From an uncultured Methanosarcinales archaeon (GTDB taxonomy: Archaea; Nanobdellota; Nanobdellia; Woesearchaeales; CAXGTL01), in NCBI GenBank assembly GCA_964645705.1, contig CAZYAB010000004.1, forward strand, positions 295 to 64,294: 64,000 nt of DNA, read 5' to 3'. Numbering within the stretch: the stretch's first letter is position 1; each line of letters begins with the position of its first letter. Below, in pieces: positions 10,669 through 20,283 of this stretch. A model generated the notes under the pieces. The model did not search any database. It saw only the letters and a program-made list of their open reading frames with translations, and was not told the DNA's origin. Position numbers and translations under genes: made by a program.

Positions 10669-12127
10669 TATGAATTTATTTGAACAAGAGAATGAAAAAA
10701 CATTTACAGAGATACTCAGAGAAATAAATCTTTTAGACAAAAATCAAAAAATTAAATTAATAATTAACAAAGAATTGGAAAAAAATGATTTAAATGAAAT
10801 AATAAAATGCATTCTAAGAATAGAGCCAAAACAAATATTTATAGAGACTAATTTAAGCATAATTAACAAGATAAATAAAGAGGAGTTTAAAAATGAAAAA
10901 ATTCATTACATAATAAATATAGACGAGAAAAACATACTAGATATAAATATAGAGGATATAAAAAATTCAAAATACAGTTTTAGAATAAAAGATACAGAAT
11001 TAAAAAAAAGATTAGAATCATTTGATCCTTACAATATTTTTATTTATGAAGAAAAAACAAAAGAGAAGACAATAAATGAAAAAATAAAAGACAATATTCT
11101 AGAACCAATTAACAAAAGACTTGGCTTGGAAATTTCCTTAGATGAGGTTTACAGACTCATGATCAGATTTGAAGAAAATTCTGATTTTTGGGAAGTAGTT
11201 GAAAAGATAGGCTATCCATTACCAATAATAATTGAGGTATTAGAAGGTTTAGAAAAATTAAATTTAATTGAAATCAATAATCTGGATATAAAAATAAAAT
11301 ATAAATTTTCAAGAGAATTAAAACAAATACAAGACTTTAGCAAGCAAAGACTTTCAAGTAATGAAGATTATTGTCAATTATTAGTTAACCAAAATGATTT
11401 AATTAGAAGGATACAATTCATAAGAAATTGTTGCAGAACAGGTGGAAAGATTGCAATTCTTGGAGATGATGATTTTATGTCATTAAACATTGCAACAACC
11501 AATATATTCGACAAAATTACTGTTTTTGAAATTGATCAAAGAATAGTGGATAAATTAAATGAACTTGCAAAACAGAATAATCTAAACTTAGTCGCAATAC
11601 AACAAGACCTAAGAAAACCTTTTCCAAATAAATTTAAAGAAAAGTTTGATGCATTTTATACAGACTCAACATATTGTGTAAATGGCTTTAAATTATTTAT
11701 TTCTAGAGGGATTGAATTATTAAAGAATGAACCAAAATGCCACGGATTTGTTTCTTTTTCTCCAGAGATTCCTGTAATTTATGACACAGAATTACCAGTA
11801 CAAAAATTAATCAATGAAATGAACCTTTTTATTGAAAGAAAAAATCTTGGAGCGGTAAACATAGTTCCAGATGAATTTAAAGAAAAGTATAACAACATTG
11901 ACAAATTAAGAGAAAACATTTTTATTAATTACAAAATAATAAACAATAATGAAGCATGGTATCTTGCCTGTTTTGGAAGGAAAGAATATTTATATCACCT
12001 ATTAACTACAAAAAATACAAAATCATTATTAGATGGTGAATTTAAAGAAGAAATATATTTTACCAAAAGACCATTAGAATTTTATAATGAAAATTTTGAA
12101 AAAACAACAAACAAAAATGCAAAATAA
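10661..12127 (+). CDS. DUF43/BpsA-like protein (putative polyamine aminopropyltransferase/methyltransferase fold)
   Basis: The C-terminal half shows a Rossmann-like pattern, AILGDDDFMSLNIA...VFEIDQRIV...QQDLRKPFP...FDAFYTDSTY...LFISRGIELLK. I recall this as typical of the DUF43 family that includes branched-chain polyamine synthase BpsA. The assignment is from memory of the family motifs. Confidence 0.45.
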   Translation: MINMNLFEQENEKTFTEILREINLLDKNQKIKLIINKELEKNDLNEIIKCILRIEPKQIFIETNLSIINKINKEEFKNEKIHYIINIDEKNILDINIEDIKNSKYSFRIKDTELKKRLESFDPYNIFIYEEKTKEKTINEKIKDNILEPINKRLGLEISLDEVYRLMIRFEENSDFWEVVEKIGYPLPIIIEVLEGLEKLNLIEINNLDIKIKYKFSRELKQIQDFSKQRLSSNEDYCQLLVNQNDLIRRIQFIRNCCRTGGKIAILGDDDFMSLNIATTNIFDKITVFEIDQRIVDKLNELAKQNNLNLVAIQQDLRKPFPNKFKEKFDAFYTDSTYCVNGFKLFISRGIELLKNEPKCHGFVSFSPEIPVIYDTELPVQKLINEMNLFIERKNLGAVNIVPDEFKEKYNNIDKLRENIFINYKIINNNEAWYLACFGRKEYLYHLLTTKNTKSLLDGEFKEEIYFTKRPLEFYNENFEKTTNKNAK

Positions 12128-13289
12128 ACAAACACAAAACAAAAAACCATTAGAACATATAAAAGTAATTGATTTAACAAGAATATTATCTGGACCATTT
12201 TGTACAATGCTCCTTAATGACTTAGGCGCAGAAATTATAAAAATAGAAAAACCCAATACAGGGGATGATTCAAGACAGTTTGGTCCTTTTATAAATAATA
12301 AAAGTGCTTATTTTATTAGTTTAAACAGAGGAAAGAAATCAATAACTTTAAACTTAAAATTAGAAAAAGACAAAGAAATTTTTAAACAATTAATAAGTAA
12401 AGCAGATGTTCTTATTGAAAACTTTAAACCTGGAACAATGAAAAGACTAGGACTAGATTATGAAACATTAAAAAATATTAACTCTAAATTAATTTATGCA
12501 TCAATATCAGGATTTGGACAAACAGGACCATTATCCAATAATCCTGCTTATGATATAATAGCACAAGCATACAGTGGGTTAATGAGCCTAACAGGAGAAG
12601 AAAACAGAAATCCTGTAAGAGTTGGTGTATCTATAGGGGACATTTCAGCAGCATTGTTTACAACAATAGGAATTATTTCTGCATTATATAATAGACATAA
12701 AACAGGTAGAGGTGAAAAAATAGATGTTTCAATGATTGACTCATTGATTGCAATATCTGAAAATGCAGTCGCACGTTATTCAATAACAAATAAAATTCCT
12801 AAACCACTTGGAACAAGACATCCATCAATAACACCATTCCAAGCATACAAAACAAAAGATGATAGAATAATTATTGCTGTTGGAAATGATATATTATGGG
12901 AAAAATTTTGCTTAAGCATAAACAAACCAGAATTAATCAATGATATAAGATTTAATTCCAATGAAAAAAGAACAAAAAATATTGAACAATTAAACAAAAT
13001 ACTAGAAGAAACAATTAAGAATAAAGCAACATCAGAATGGTTAGATATCTTTAAAAATAACAACATACCCTCAACAAGAATCAATACAATAAAAGACGTT
13101 ATGTATGATAAACACATTTTATTTAGAAATATGATATTAAACATTGATTACAAAGAGTTAGAAAAATTAAAAATCACAGGAAACCCTATAAAAATGAGTT
13201 CAATAAAAGAACAAGCAAAACACTCAAAAGCACCAGAACTAGGAGAGCATAATGAAGAAATAATAGATGAACTAAAAAATGATAAATGA
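12087..13289 (+). CDS. CoA-transferase family III (CaiB/BaiF-type)
   Basis: [36 protein letters not shown] is the hallmark N-terminal motif of family III CoA transferases. The likely true start is the internal Met at ~12114, which removes the overlap with the upstream gene. Confidence 0.8.
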   Translation: [400 protein letters not shown]

Positions 13290-14235
13290 AAATTTTAATG
13301 CAGGAATTATTGCAACAGGTTCTTACTTACCTGAAAAAATAATTACAAATAAAGATATAGCTAATATGGGTGTTGATACCAGCGATGAATGGATTAAACA
13401 AAAAATAGGAATATCATCAAGACATTCCTCAGCTGATGACGAAGAAGTACACCATTTAGCAGCAAAAGCTGTCAATGATTTATTAAATAATACAAATATA
13501 AAATCAGAGGATATAGATTTAATCATATGCTCATCAACAACACCTAATTATTTTTGTCCAGCAACAGCCTGTCTTGTGCAAAAAGAAATCAATGCAAAAA
13601 ACGCAGCAGCATTTGATATAAACAGCGTATGCTCAAATCCAATAATAACAATTGAAATAGCATGTAAGTTCATAAAAGATGGAACATATAAAAATATAAT
13701 CATAGTCAGTTCTGAAGCGCCAACAAAAGGTACTGATTGGAAAAAGAGAGATACCTCTGTTTTCTTTGGTGATGGAGCCGCTGCAGTACTAATAGGAAGA
13801 GTTGATAAAGATAAAGGATTACTCTCAACTTATTTTAAATCAGATGGAACAAGGCACCATGTTCTAGTATCCAAAACAGATGACAGAAAATTAATAATGG
13901 ATGGTAAAGCAATATTTGAATTTGCAACAAATGTTTTTCCAGAATCAATAAAAGAAGTAACAGAAAAAGCAGGATACAAAATTAAAGATGTAGATTTTAT
14001 AATATCACACCAAGCAAATCTAAACATTATAAAAACATCAATGCAAAAACTAAATTTACCAATGTCTAAGACACATACAGTAATTGAAACAACTGGAAAT
14101 ACAATCGGAGCTTCAGCATTGATAGCTCTTGATTCAGCGGTTAAACAAGGAAAAATAAAAACAAATGATTTAATTGCATTGGTTGCATTTGGCGGTGGTT
14201 TAAGTTGGGGTGCTAATTTGATTAGATGGACATAG
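13279..14235 (+). CDS. fabH: 3-oxoacyl-ACP synthase III (FabH-like condensing enzyme)
   Basis: N-terminal GIIATGSYLPEKIITNKDI...SDEWI is the KAS III signature. The C-terminal ISHQANLNII and GNTIGASALIALD (the His/Asn catalytic region), and an active-site Cys context (SSTTPNYFCPATACLV), are present. Confidence 0.8.
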   Translation: MINENFNAGIIATGSYLPEKIITNKDIANMGVDTSDEWIKQKIGISSRHSSADDEEVHHLAAKAVNDLLNNTNIKSEDIDLIICSSTTPNYFCPATACLVQKEINAKNAAAFDINSVCSNPIITIEIACKFIKDGTYKNIIIVSSEAPTKGTDWKKRDTSVFFGDGAAAVLIGRVDKDKGLLSTYFKSDGTRHHVLVSKTDDRKLIMDGKAIFEFATNVFPESIKEVTEKAGYKIKDVDFIISHQANLNIIKTSMQKLNLPMSKTHTVIETTGNTIGASALIALDSAVKQGKIKTNDLIALVAFGGGLSWGANLIRWT

Positions 14236-14244
14236 GTGGAATAA

Positions 14245-14991
14245 ATGGATCTAAAAAATAAAACAGCCATAATAACAGGATCATCAAGAGGAATTGGAAA
14301 AGCAATAGCAATAAAACTTTCTGAATTAGGTTGTAATGTAATAATTAATTACAATAGAAATAAAGAACAAGCAGAAGAATTAGTAGAATCAATAAAAAAC
14401 AAATTCAATGTTAAAGCAATTGCATTAAAAGCAGATATAAGCAATTATGAAGAGGTAAGAACAATGATTAATCTAGCAATTGAAAGATTTGAAAAAATAG
14501 ATTTCTTAGTAAACAATGCAGGAATTTCAAGAGATGGATTAATACAAAATATGGAAATCGAAGATTGGGAAAAAGTAATCAAAACAAACCTAAACAGTGT
14601 ATTCTATTGTTCAAAAATAATTACAAATCACATGATAAAAAATCTATCTGGAAAAATAGTAAACATATCATCTATTTCAGGTGAAACAGGAAACATAGGC
14701 CAAACAAGTTATTCAGCATCAAAAGCAGGTATTATAGGATTTAGTAAAGCATTGGCAAAAGAATTAGCAAGACACAATATAAATGTTAATGTTGTAAGCC
14801 CTGGATTAATTAAGACAGAAATGACAAATCACATTCCTGAACAAATAAAAGAAAAGATACTCAAAATGATCCCATTTAGAAGAATAGGAACTCCAAAAGA
14901 GATTGCAAATGTAGTAGCATTCCTTTTGTCAAAAGAATCAGATTATATTACTGGACAGATTATAAGAGTAAATGGTGGACTATACATATGA
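14245..14991 (+). CDS. fabG: Short-chain dehydrogenase/reductase, 3-oxoacyl-ACP reductase-like
   Basis: TAIITGSSRGIGKAIA is the NAD(P)-binding motif. NNAG is present. YSASKAG supplies the catalytic Tyr/Lys. The length is typical of a FabG-like SDR. Confidence 0.85.
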   Translation: MDLKNKTAIITGSSRGIGKAIAIKLSELGCNVIINYNRNKEQAEELVESIKNKFNVKAIALKADISNYEEVRTMINLAIERFEKIDFLVNNAGISRDGLIQNMEIEDWEKVIKTNLNSVFYCSKIITNHMIKNLSGKIVNISSISGETGNIGQTSYSASKAGIIGFSKALAKELARHNINVNVVSPGLIKTEMTNHIPEQIKEKILKMIPFRRIGTPKEIANVVAFLLSKESDYITGQIIRVNGGLYI

Positions 14992-16271
14992 TATTTGACA
15001 AAGAAAATGAAACCTTAAGCAGAAAAAATATAAAACAACTTCAATTAAAAAGATTAAAACAACTTTTAGATTATGTCTGGAACAGTGATTCTGATTATAA
15101 AAAAAAGATGTTACAAGCAAAAATAAGTCCAGATGATATAAAATCATTACAAGATATAAAGAAATTACCATTTACAACAAAAAAAGAATTTAGAGAAAAA
15201 TATCCTCATTCATTTAGAATAAGAAACATAAATGATGAAAAGATAAGGGGAATTCATACCACTTCCGGTACAACAGGCACAGAAAGTGTAATTTATTTTA
15301 CTGAAAAAGATTGGGACATAGCCCAACAAATAGTAGCAAGAATGTTAGTATCAACAGGAATAACAAAAAACGATATTGTTGATCAAGCATTCCCTAATGG
15401 CTTACCATTTGCAGGGAAAATAAATCATGATTCCTTGCAATATAAAATCGGTGCAACAGTTATAAATATTGGAATAAGAAAAGGGCTTATTAATCAACAG
15501 ATATTAGCATTAAAAAACTTAGGAGCAACAGTCTTCATGGGACTCCCAAGTTATTTTCTTCATATACTGAAAGAGATGAAATCAAAAGGAATAAATATAT
15601 CAACACTTAAAATAAAAAAAGCAATTTTTATTGGAGAACCATTAATAGAAGAGATAAAAACAAAGATAAAAGAAAAATTACCTAACATTGAGATATTTAA
15701 CGCACTTGGTCAAACAGAGATGCATGGGGCAATAGGAGAATGTATTGAAAAAAATGGTTTTCACCTTAATGAAGATTTATTTATTCATGAAATAATAAAT
15801 TCTAAAACAGGAGAAGATTGTAAAAAAGGTGAATATGGTGAGCATGTTTTTACAGGATTAACATATGAAGCCCAGCCAATCATAAGATACAGATCTGGTG
15901 ACATTACAACATTTGTTAATGATGAACAAGAGATTTGTTCATGTGGAAGAACTTCAAGAAAAATTAAACCCCCTAAATCAAGAATAGACAATTATTATAA
16001 AATAAAAGGAACATTGATTAATCCAGAGCAACTAGATAGGATAATATTATCATTTAACGAAATATTAGACTATCAAATAATCATTTCCAAAGATGAAGAA
16101 CTTGATAAATTTGATGTTTTGTTAGCATCTAACAAAGAAATTAATACTCAAGATTTAAAAAAAAAAATAAAAGATGAAATAAACATAACTCCAACAAAGA
16201 TAAAAATAGTTGATCTTATGGAATTTAAAAAAAGATCATGGAAAACAAAAAAGATCATTGATAAAAGATAA
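14988..16271 (+). CDS. Phenylacetate-CoA ligase / coenzyme F390 synthetase-like adenylate-forming enzyme
   Basis: The GIHTTSGTTGTESVIYFTEKDWD motif is characteristic of the PaaK/F390 synthetase family. The length is ~430 aa. Confidence 0.75.
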   Translation: MIFDKENETLSRKNIKQLQLKRLKQLLDYVWNSDSDYKKKMLQAKISPDDIKSLQDIKKLPFTTKKEFREKYPHSFRIRNINDEKIRGIHTTSGTTGTESVIYFTEKDWDIAQQIVARMLVSTGITKNDIVDQAFPNGLPFAGKINHDSLQYKIGATVINIGIRKGLINQQILALKNLGATVFMGLPSYFLHILKEMKSKGINISTLKIKKAIFIGEPLIEEIKTKIKEKLPNIEIFNALGQTEMHGAIGECIEKNGFHLNEDLFIHEIINSKTGEDCKKGEYGEHVFTGLTYEAQPIIRYRSGDITTFVNDEQEICSCGRTSRKIKPPKSRIDNYYKIKGTLINPEQLDRIILSFNEILDYQIIISKDEELDKFDVLLASNKEINTQDLKKKIKDEINITPTKIKIVDLMEFKKRSWKTKKIIDKR

Positions 16272-16273
16272 AA

Positions 16274-17317
16274 ATGATACCACCAACAGTTCCAGGACTT
16301 GATTTTACACAAAAAGAAATAGAACAAGCAAGAAAAGAAAATAAGCTTCTATCAATAGACTTAGAGTTTAGTAGAGATTGTAACCTAAATTGTATATATT
16401 GCTATGCATCTGCAGGAAAACCACTTGAAAAAGAACTAACATTAGAGGAGATTAAAGATGTCATTGACCAATCAATAGAACTAGGAGCTAAAACTTTCTC
16501 TTTAATAGGGGGTGGTGAACCCTTAATTTATAATAATTTATTTAAAGTTATAGATTATATAAAAGCCAAAAATAAGAAATGTATAGTATTCACTAATGGA
16601 ACTTTAATTACAAAAGAAATTGCAAATAAATTATTTAATGAAAAAATATCAATCGTTGTTAAACTAAATAGTATAGAACCATCTGTTCAAGATTTTTTAG
16701 CAGGAAAAGAAGGAACATTCAAAAAAATTCAACAAGGGATAACAAATCTTATGAATGCTGGATATCCTGATAAAGAAACAAAATTAGGAATGCAAACAAT
16801 AATCTGCAAACAAAATAAAGAAGAAATTAAACAACTTTGGGTTTGGGCAAGAAAAAATAAGATAATTCCTTACTTTGAAATTCTAACATATCAAGGTAGG
16901 CTACTTAAAAACCAAGACTTAATTTTATCAAAAGAAGAATTAGAAAAAATATTTAAACAAATAAACAAAATAGATGAAAAAGAATTCAAATATGAATGGA
17001 TTCCAAAACCTCCGTTAATGAGTTATTCATGCCAAAGAAATAAGTACAGCATCCATATAAAATCAAACGGAGACATACAACCATGTGTAGGAATAGAAAT
17101 AACACTAGGAAATATAAGAAAAAATAAGATTAAAGAAATACTCAAACATGAAACAATTTTTAAACTAAGAAACATAGAAAAATATATAAAAGGTAAATGT
17201 AGCACGTGCAAATATAATAATGCATGTTATGGTTGTAGGGGCAATGTTTTTAATAAAACTGAAGATTACCTTGAAGAAGATGATTTATGTTGGATTAATG
17301 AAAAATTAGAGGGATAA
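16274..17317 (+). CDS. Radical SAM enzyme with SPASM domain
   Basis: CNLNCIYCYA (Cx3Cx2C) and GGGEPL are present. The C-terminal CSTCKYNNACYGCRGN fits a SPASM auxiliary-cluster motif. Confidence 0.8.
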   Translation: MIPPTVPGLDFTQKEIEQARKENKLLSIDLEFSRDCNLNCIYCYASAGKPLEKELTLEEIKDVIDQSIELGAKTFSLIGGGEPLIYNNLFKVIDYIKAKNKKCIVFTNGTLITKEIANKLFNEKISIVVKLNSIEPSVQDFLAGKEGTFKKIQQGITNLMNAGYPDKETKLGMQTIICKQNKEEIKQLWVWARKNKIIPYFEILTYQGRLLKNQDLILSKEELEKIFKQINKIDEKEFKYEWIPKPPLMSYSCQRNKYSIHIKSNGDIQPCVGIEITLGNIRKNKIKEILKHETIFKLRNIEKYIKGKCSTCKYNNACYGCRGNVFNKTEDYLEEDDLCWINEKLEG

Positions 17318-17319
17318 AA

Positions 17320-18465
17320 ATGGAAGAAGAAAATTTAAACATAACAGAAAAAATGAAAAGATTATTAGATAATTTTAAGTCAATCAATCAAAATTATTCT
17401 ATAAACATCACAACTGAAGAGGATTTTAAAAAGATTCCATTAATGACTAGAAAAGAGGCCATAGAATTTAATATAGAAAAATGTCCTATAAATCCTTCTT
17501 ATATTGAAACAACTTCAGGAACGACTGGACCAGGATTTCTTTTATTTTTTAATGACAAATCTGCTGAACATTATATAAAAAGAATAAACCAAATATATCA
17601 AGCTTACAATCCTAACAATGAAAAAGGAAAAATGATTAATCTAATAGATACCATGTTTTATAATTTGATGATAATCAAAAACAAGAATCCTTTTATACAT
17701 GGCGGACTTTTAACACCTAAAAACAAAGATTTAATTGCATATAAAATAAAAACAATGAAACCAAAAGTTCTTATTTGTTACACCATGGGCCTAATAGATC
17801 TATTAAAAACTATTAATGATAAAAATACAATTGAACTTATATTCTGTGGAGGATCATTAGTAACTGAATCATTCCTTAATAAAGCAAAAGAATTAACAAA
17901 TGCAAAAATAATACCTGTTTATGCTTGTACAGAAGTGGGACCTATAGGCCATTATAATTCAACTTATGAAGGTTATTATAAACTAATTGAAGAAGGATTA
18001 TACATTGAAATATTAAATGAAAACAAAGAAATAAAAAGAATAGGTAAAGGGAACATAATAATCACAGATTTAAACAATTTTTCAATGCCAATAATAAGAT
18101 ATGCCCTAGGAGATATAGTAGAAATAATAGAAAAAGACAATCAAAAATATATTAAAATATTTGGAAGATCTGATAAATACACAAAAATAGGTGGGGACAT
18201 AATTCCTGTTGGACATCTAATGAACCTAATCACACCAATTTTAGGGCATGGAAATTTTTACATTAAAGTTGAGTTGGATGATACATCTACTGATAATATA
18301 TTTGTATTTGTACCAAAAGAGGATTTAATAAAAAAAGAAACAATTATAAAATTATTTAATGACATGTTCGACGTAAAAGCCTATGTTGAAGAACTTAAAA
18401 ATGGAATCCCAACAACCAATACAGGAAAACCAAGATTCTTTATAGATAACAGGAAATTAGAATGA
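17320..18465 (+). CDS. Second PaaK/F390-synthetase-like adenylate-forming ligase
   Basis: The IETTSGTTGPGFLLFFNDKSAEHY motif matches the PaaK family P-loop region. It is divergent from the first copy. Confidence 0.65.
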   Translation: MEEENLNITEKMKRLLDNFKSINQNYSINITTEEDFKKIPLMTRKEAIEFNIEKCPINPSYIETTSGTTGPGFLLFFNDKSAEHYIKRINQIYQAYNPNNEKGKMINLIDTMFYNLMIIKNKNPFIHGGLLTPKNKDLIAYKIKTMKPKVLICYTMGLIDLLKTINDKNTIELIFCGGSLVTESFLNKAKELTNAKIIPVYACTEVGPIGHYNSTYEGYYKLIEEGLYIEILNENKEIKRIGKGNIIITDLNNFSMPIIRYALGDIVEIIEKDNQKYIKIFGRSDKYTKIGGDIIPVGHLMNLITPILGHGNFYIKVELDDTSTDNIFVFVPKEDLIKKETIIKLFNDMFDVKAYVEELKNGIPTTNTGKPRFFIDNRKLE

Positions 18466-18899
18466 AAATAGAAAAAACAAAAGAAAAAGGTTTTATTAAC
18501 TTAAAAATAGGAGATTCTATATCTTTCATAAATAAAATAAACAATGATCAAATCAAAGAATATAGTAAATTGTCTGGGGATTATAACCCAATACATTTTG
18601 ATAAAGAATTTGCAAGAAAAACAATATTTAAAGAAATCATTGTTCCTGGATTCCTTCATATCATATTAGGAAGTAAAAAATTTTTTGAATTGTGTGGAGC
18701 AAATTACATAATAGTTTCATTTAGTTTTGACTTTTTAAAACCTGTTAAACAAGATGAAAATATCCACACAACAATAAAGATAATAGAAAAAATACAAGAC
18801 AAAAAAATGTTAAAGATTGAAGTAATATCAAAAACAGAAAATTCAGGAATAGTAAGCAAAGGGAATTTATTAACAAAGTATATTGGATTTTTAAAATGA
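18462..18899 (+). CDS. MaoC-like (R)-specific enoyl-CoA hydratase / hotdog-fold dehydratase
   Basis: DYNPIHFDKEFARKTIFKEIIVPGFL is the MaoC dehydratase motif. The 145-aa length fits a hotdog fold. The start overlaps the upstream stop by 4 nt. Confidence 0.75.
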   Translation: MKIEKTKEKGFINLKIGDSISFINKINNDQIKEYSKLSGDYNPIHFDKEFARKTIFKEIIVPGFLHIILGSKKFFELCGANYIIVSFSFDFLKPVKQDENIHTTIKIIEKIQDKKMLKIEVISKTENSGIVSKGNLLTKYIGFLK

Positions 18900-19540
18900 A
18901 TAAGATCAAAATAATAGGGATAGCATCTTCACCAAGAGAAGAAGAATCAATTTCAAAAATAATGTTAGATCATTTTTACATAGGATTAAAACCTTTTTCA
19001 GAAATAAGAACATTTTATCCTTATAAAATGGACATTGAATATTGTGATGGTTGCTTGAAATGTCATAAAGATAAAGAAGAATGCCCTATAGAAGATGACA
19101 TGAGAGATATTTATAAATACTTATACGAAGCAGATATAATTATTTTTTCATGTCCTGTATACTGTGGAAATATGAATGCTGTTATGAAAAATATTATTGA
19201 CAGGATGGATGGATTATTAGAAAACAAAATTAAATATCCTAAAAGATGTATACTAATATCAACATGTTCAAAACCTAATAACAAAGAATTTGATATGATT
19301 ACGTCACAATTTAATTTTTTTTGTAAAGAATGGGAATTTGGAAATGCAGGTGAAATTTTAATTTGTGGATCACATAGGCCAATAGACGAAAAATACCAAC
19401 AAAAATTAAATCTAATTTCAAGAGCTTCAAAACAACTATTAACAAAACAAAAAATAGATAATGAAATAATAGAAGAACTAAAAAGAATTGATTTCTCAGT
19501 TGAAGATTATAAACAAAAAAGTTATTATAAATTTGATTAA
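18896..19540 (+). CDS. Iron-sulfur flavoprotein / NADPH-dependent FMN reductase family
   Basis: KIIGIASSPREEES, a compact Cys cluster (CDGCLKCHKDKEEC) and DIIIFSCPVYCGNMNAVMKNIIDR are typical of Isf/NADPH-FMN reductase flavodoxin-like proteins. Confidence 0.65.
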   Translation: MNKIKIIGIASSPREEESISKIMLDHFYIGLKPFSEIRTFYPYKMDIEYCDGCLKCHKDKEECPIEDDMRDIYKYLYEADIIIFSCPVYCGNMNAVMKNIIDRMDGLLENKIKYPKRCILISTCSKPNNKEFDMITSQFNFFCKEWEFGNAGEILICGSHRPIDEKYQQKLNLISRASKQLLTKQKIDNEIIEELKRIDFSVEDYKQKSYYKFD

Positions 19541-19541
19541 A

Positions 19542-19883
19542 CTATCTCTTAACAACAGTCTTTTCAAAATCTCTTGCCTTAAACTCTTTAACAAGAAGAT
19601 CAAAAGCTTTCTCAGCATCACCTTCTTTACCACAAGTAAACACATCAACAGCAACAAAATTCTTCTCAGGCCACGTATGCACGCTTATGTGTGATTCAGC
19701 AATAAGAATTACTCCTGTAACACCATATGGTTTAAACTGATGAAACACCTCACCAACTTTATTAAAATTAGAATCATGAACAACTTTGTTTAATAAAGAT
19801 TTGACAGTATCAACTTCTTTTAACAATTCAACAGGACACCCATTCAAACTTCCCACAACATGTATGCCATGAAAATCTTTCAT
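19542..19883 (-). CDS. speH: S-adenosylmethionine decarboxylase proenzyme (pyruvoyl-dependent, SpeH type)
   Basis: GVILIAESHISVHTWPE contains the conserved ES|S self-cleavage site and the HTWPE motif of class 1 AdoMetDC. The ~113 aa length is typical. Confidence 0.85.
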   Translation of the reverse strand: MKDFHGIHVVGSLNGCPVELLKEVDTVKSLLNKVVHDSNFNKVGEVFHQFKPYGVTGVILIAESHISVHTWPEKNFVAVDVFTCGKEGDAEKAFDLLVKEFKARDFEKTVVKR

Positions 19884-19933
19884 TATAAGTGTTAGGATTG
19901 TTTTTATTATTTAAAAACTTTATCATGATTTTA

Positions 19934-20233
19934 TCAATAACTACTATGTATATGATGAGAAGCATGTGACAAGTGATGATTATGCACACCTTTTGCACCA
20001 ATTACTTTTTGTGTTTCAGGAGATACAGAATTTCTTACATCAAGAGCATTATCATGTATTGTATAATGTTGGTCTGACCAACCATCAGCTGAAACAGGTT
20101 TCACACTATGCAACAAAGACAAAGCAGCACCACCTAATACAGCTCCAGTCAAGATCATATTTTTCTTAGAAATCTTTCCTTCTTCTTCTAATAAGAACAA
20201 CTTCACCTTTTTTTTTATCTTAGGAAACTTCAT
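19934..20233 (-). CDS. Small His-rich secreted/membrane protein
   Basis: 99 aa. The N-terminus is Lys-rich and is followed by a hydrophobic segment (MILTGAVLGGAALSLL). The C-terminus is His-rich (KGVHNHHLSHASHHIHSSY). It lies between the rSAM gene and speH on the same strand. Confidence 0.45.
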   Translation of the reverse strand: MKFPKIKKKVKLFLLEEEGKISKKNMILTGAVLGGAALSLLHSVKPVSADGWSDQHYTIHDNALDVRNSVSPETQKVIGAKGVHNHHLSHASHHIHSSY

Positions 20234-20283
20234 CTATTCTATATAATATGTCTTATGTTTTAAATATTTTTCGTTTATTTTTA

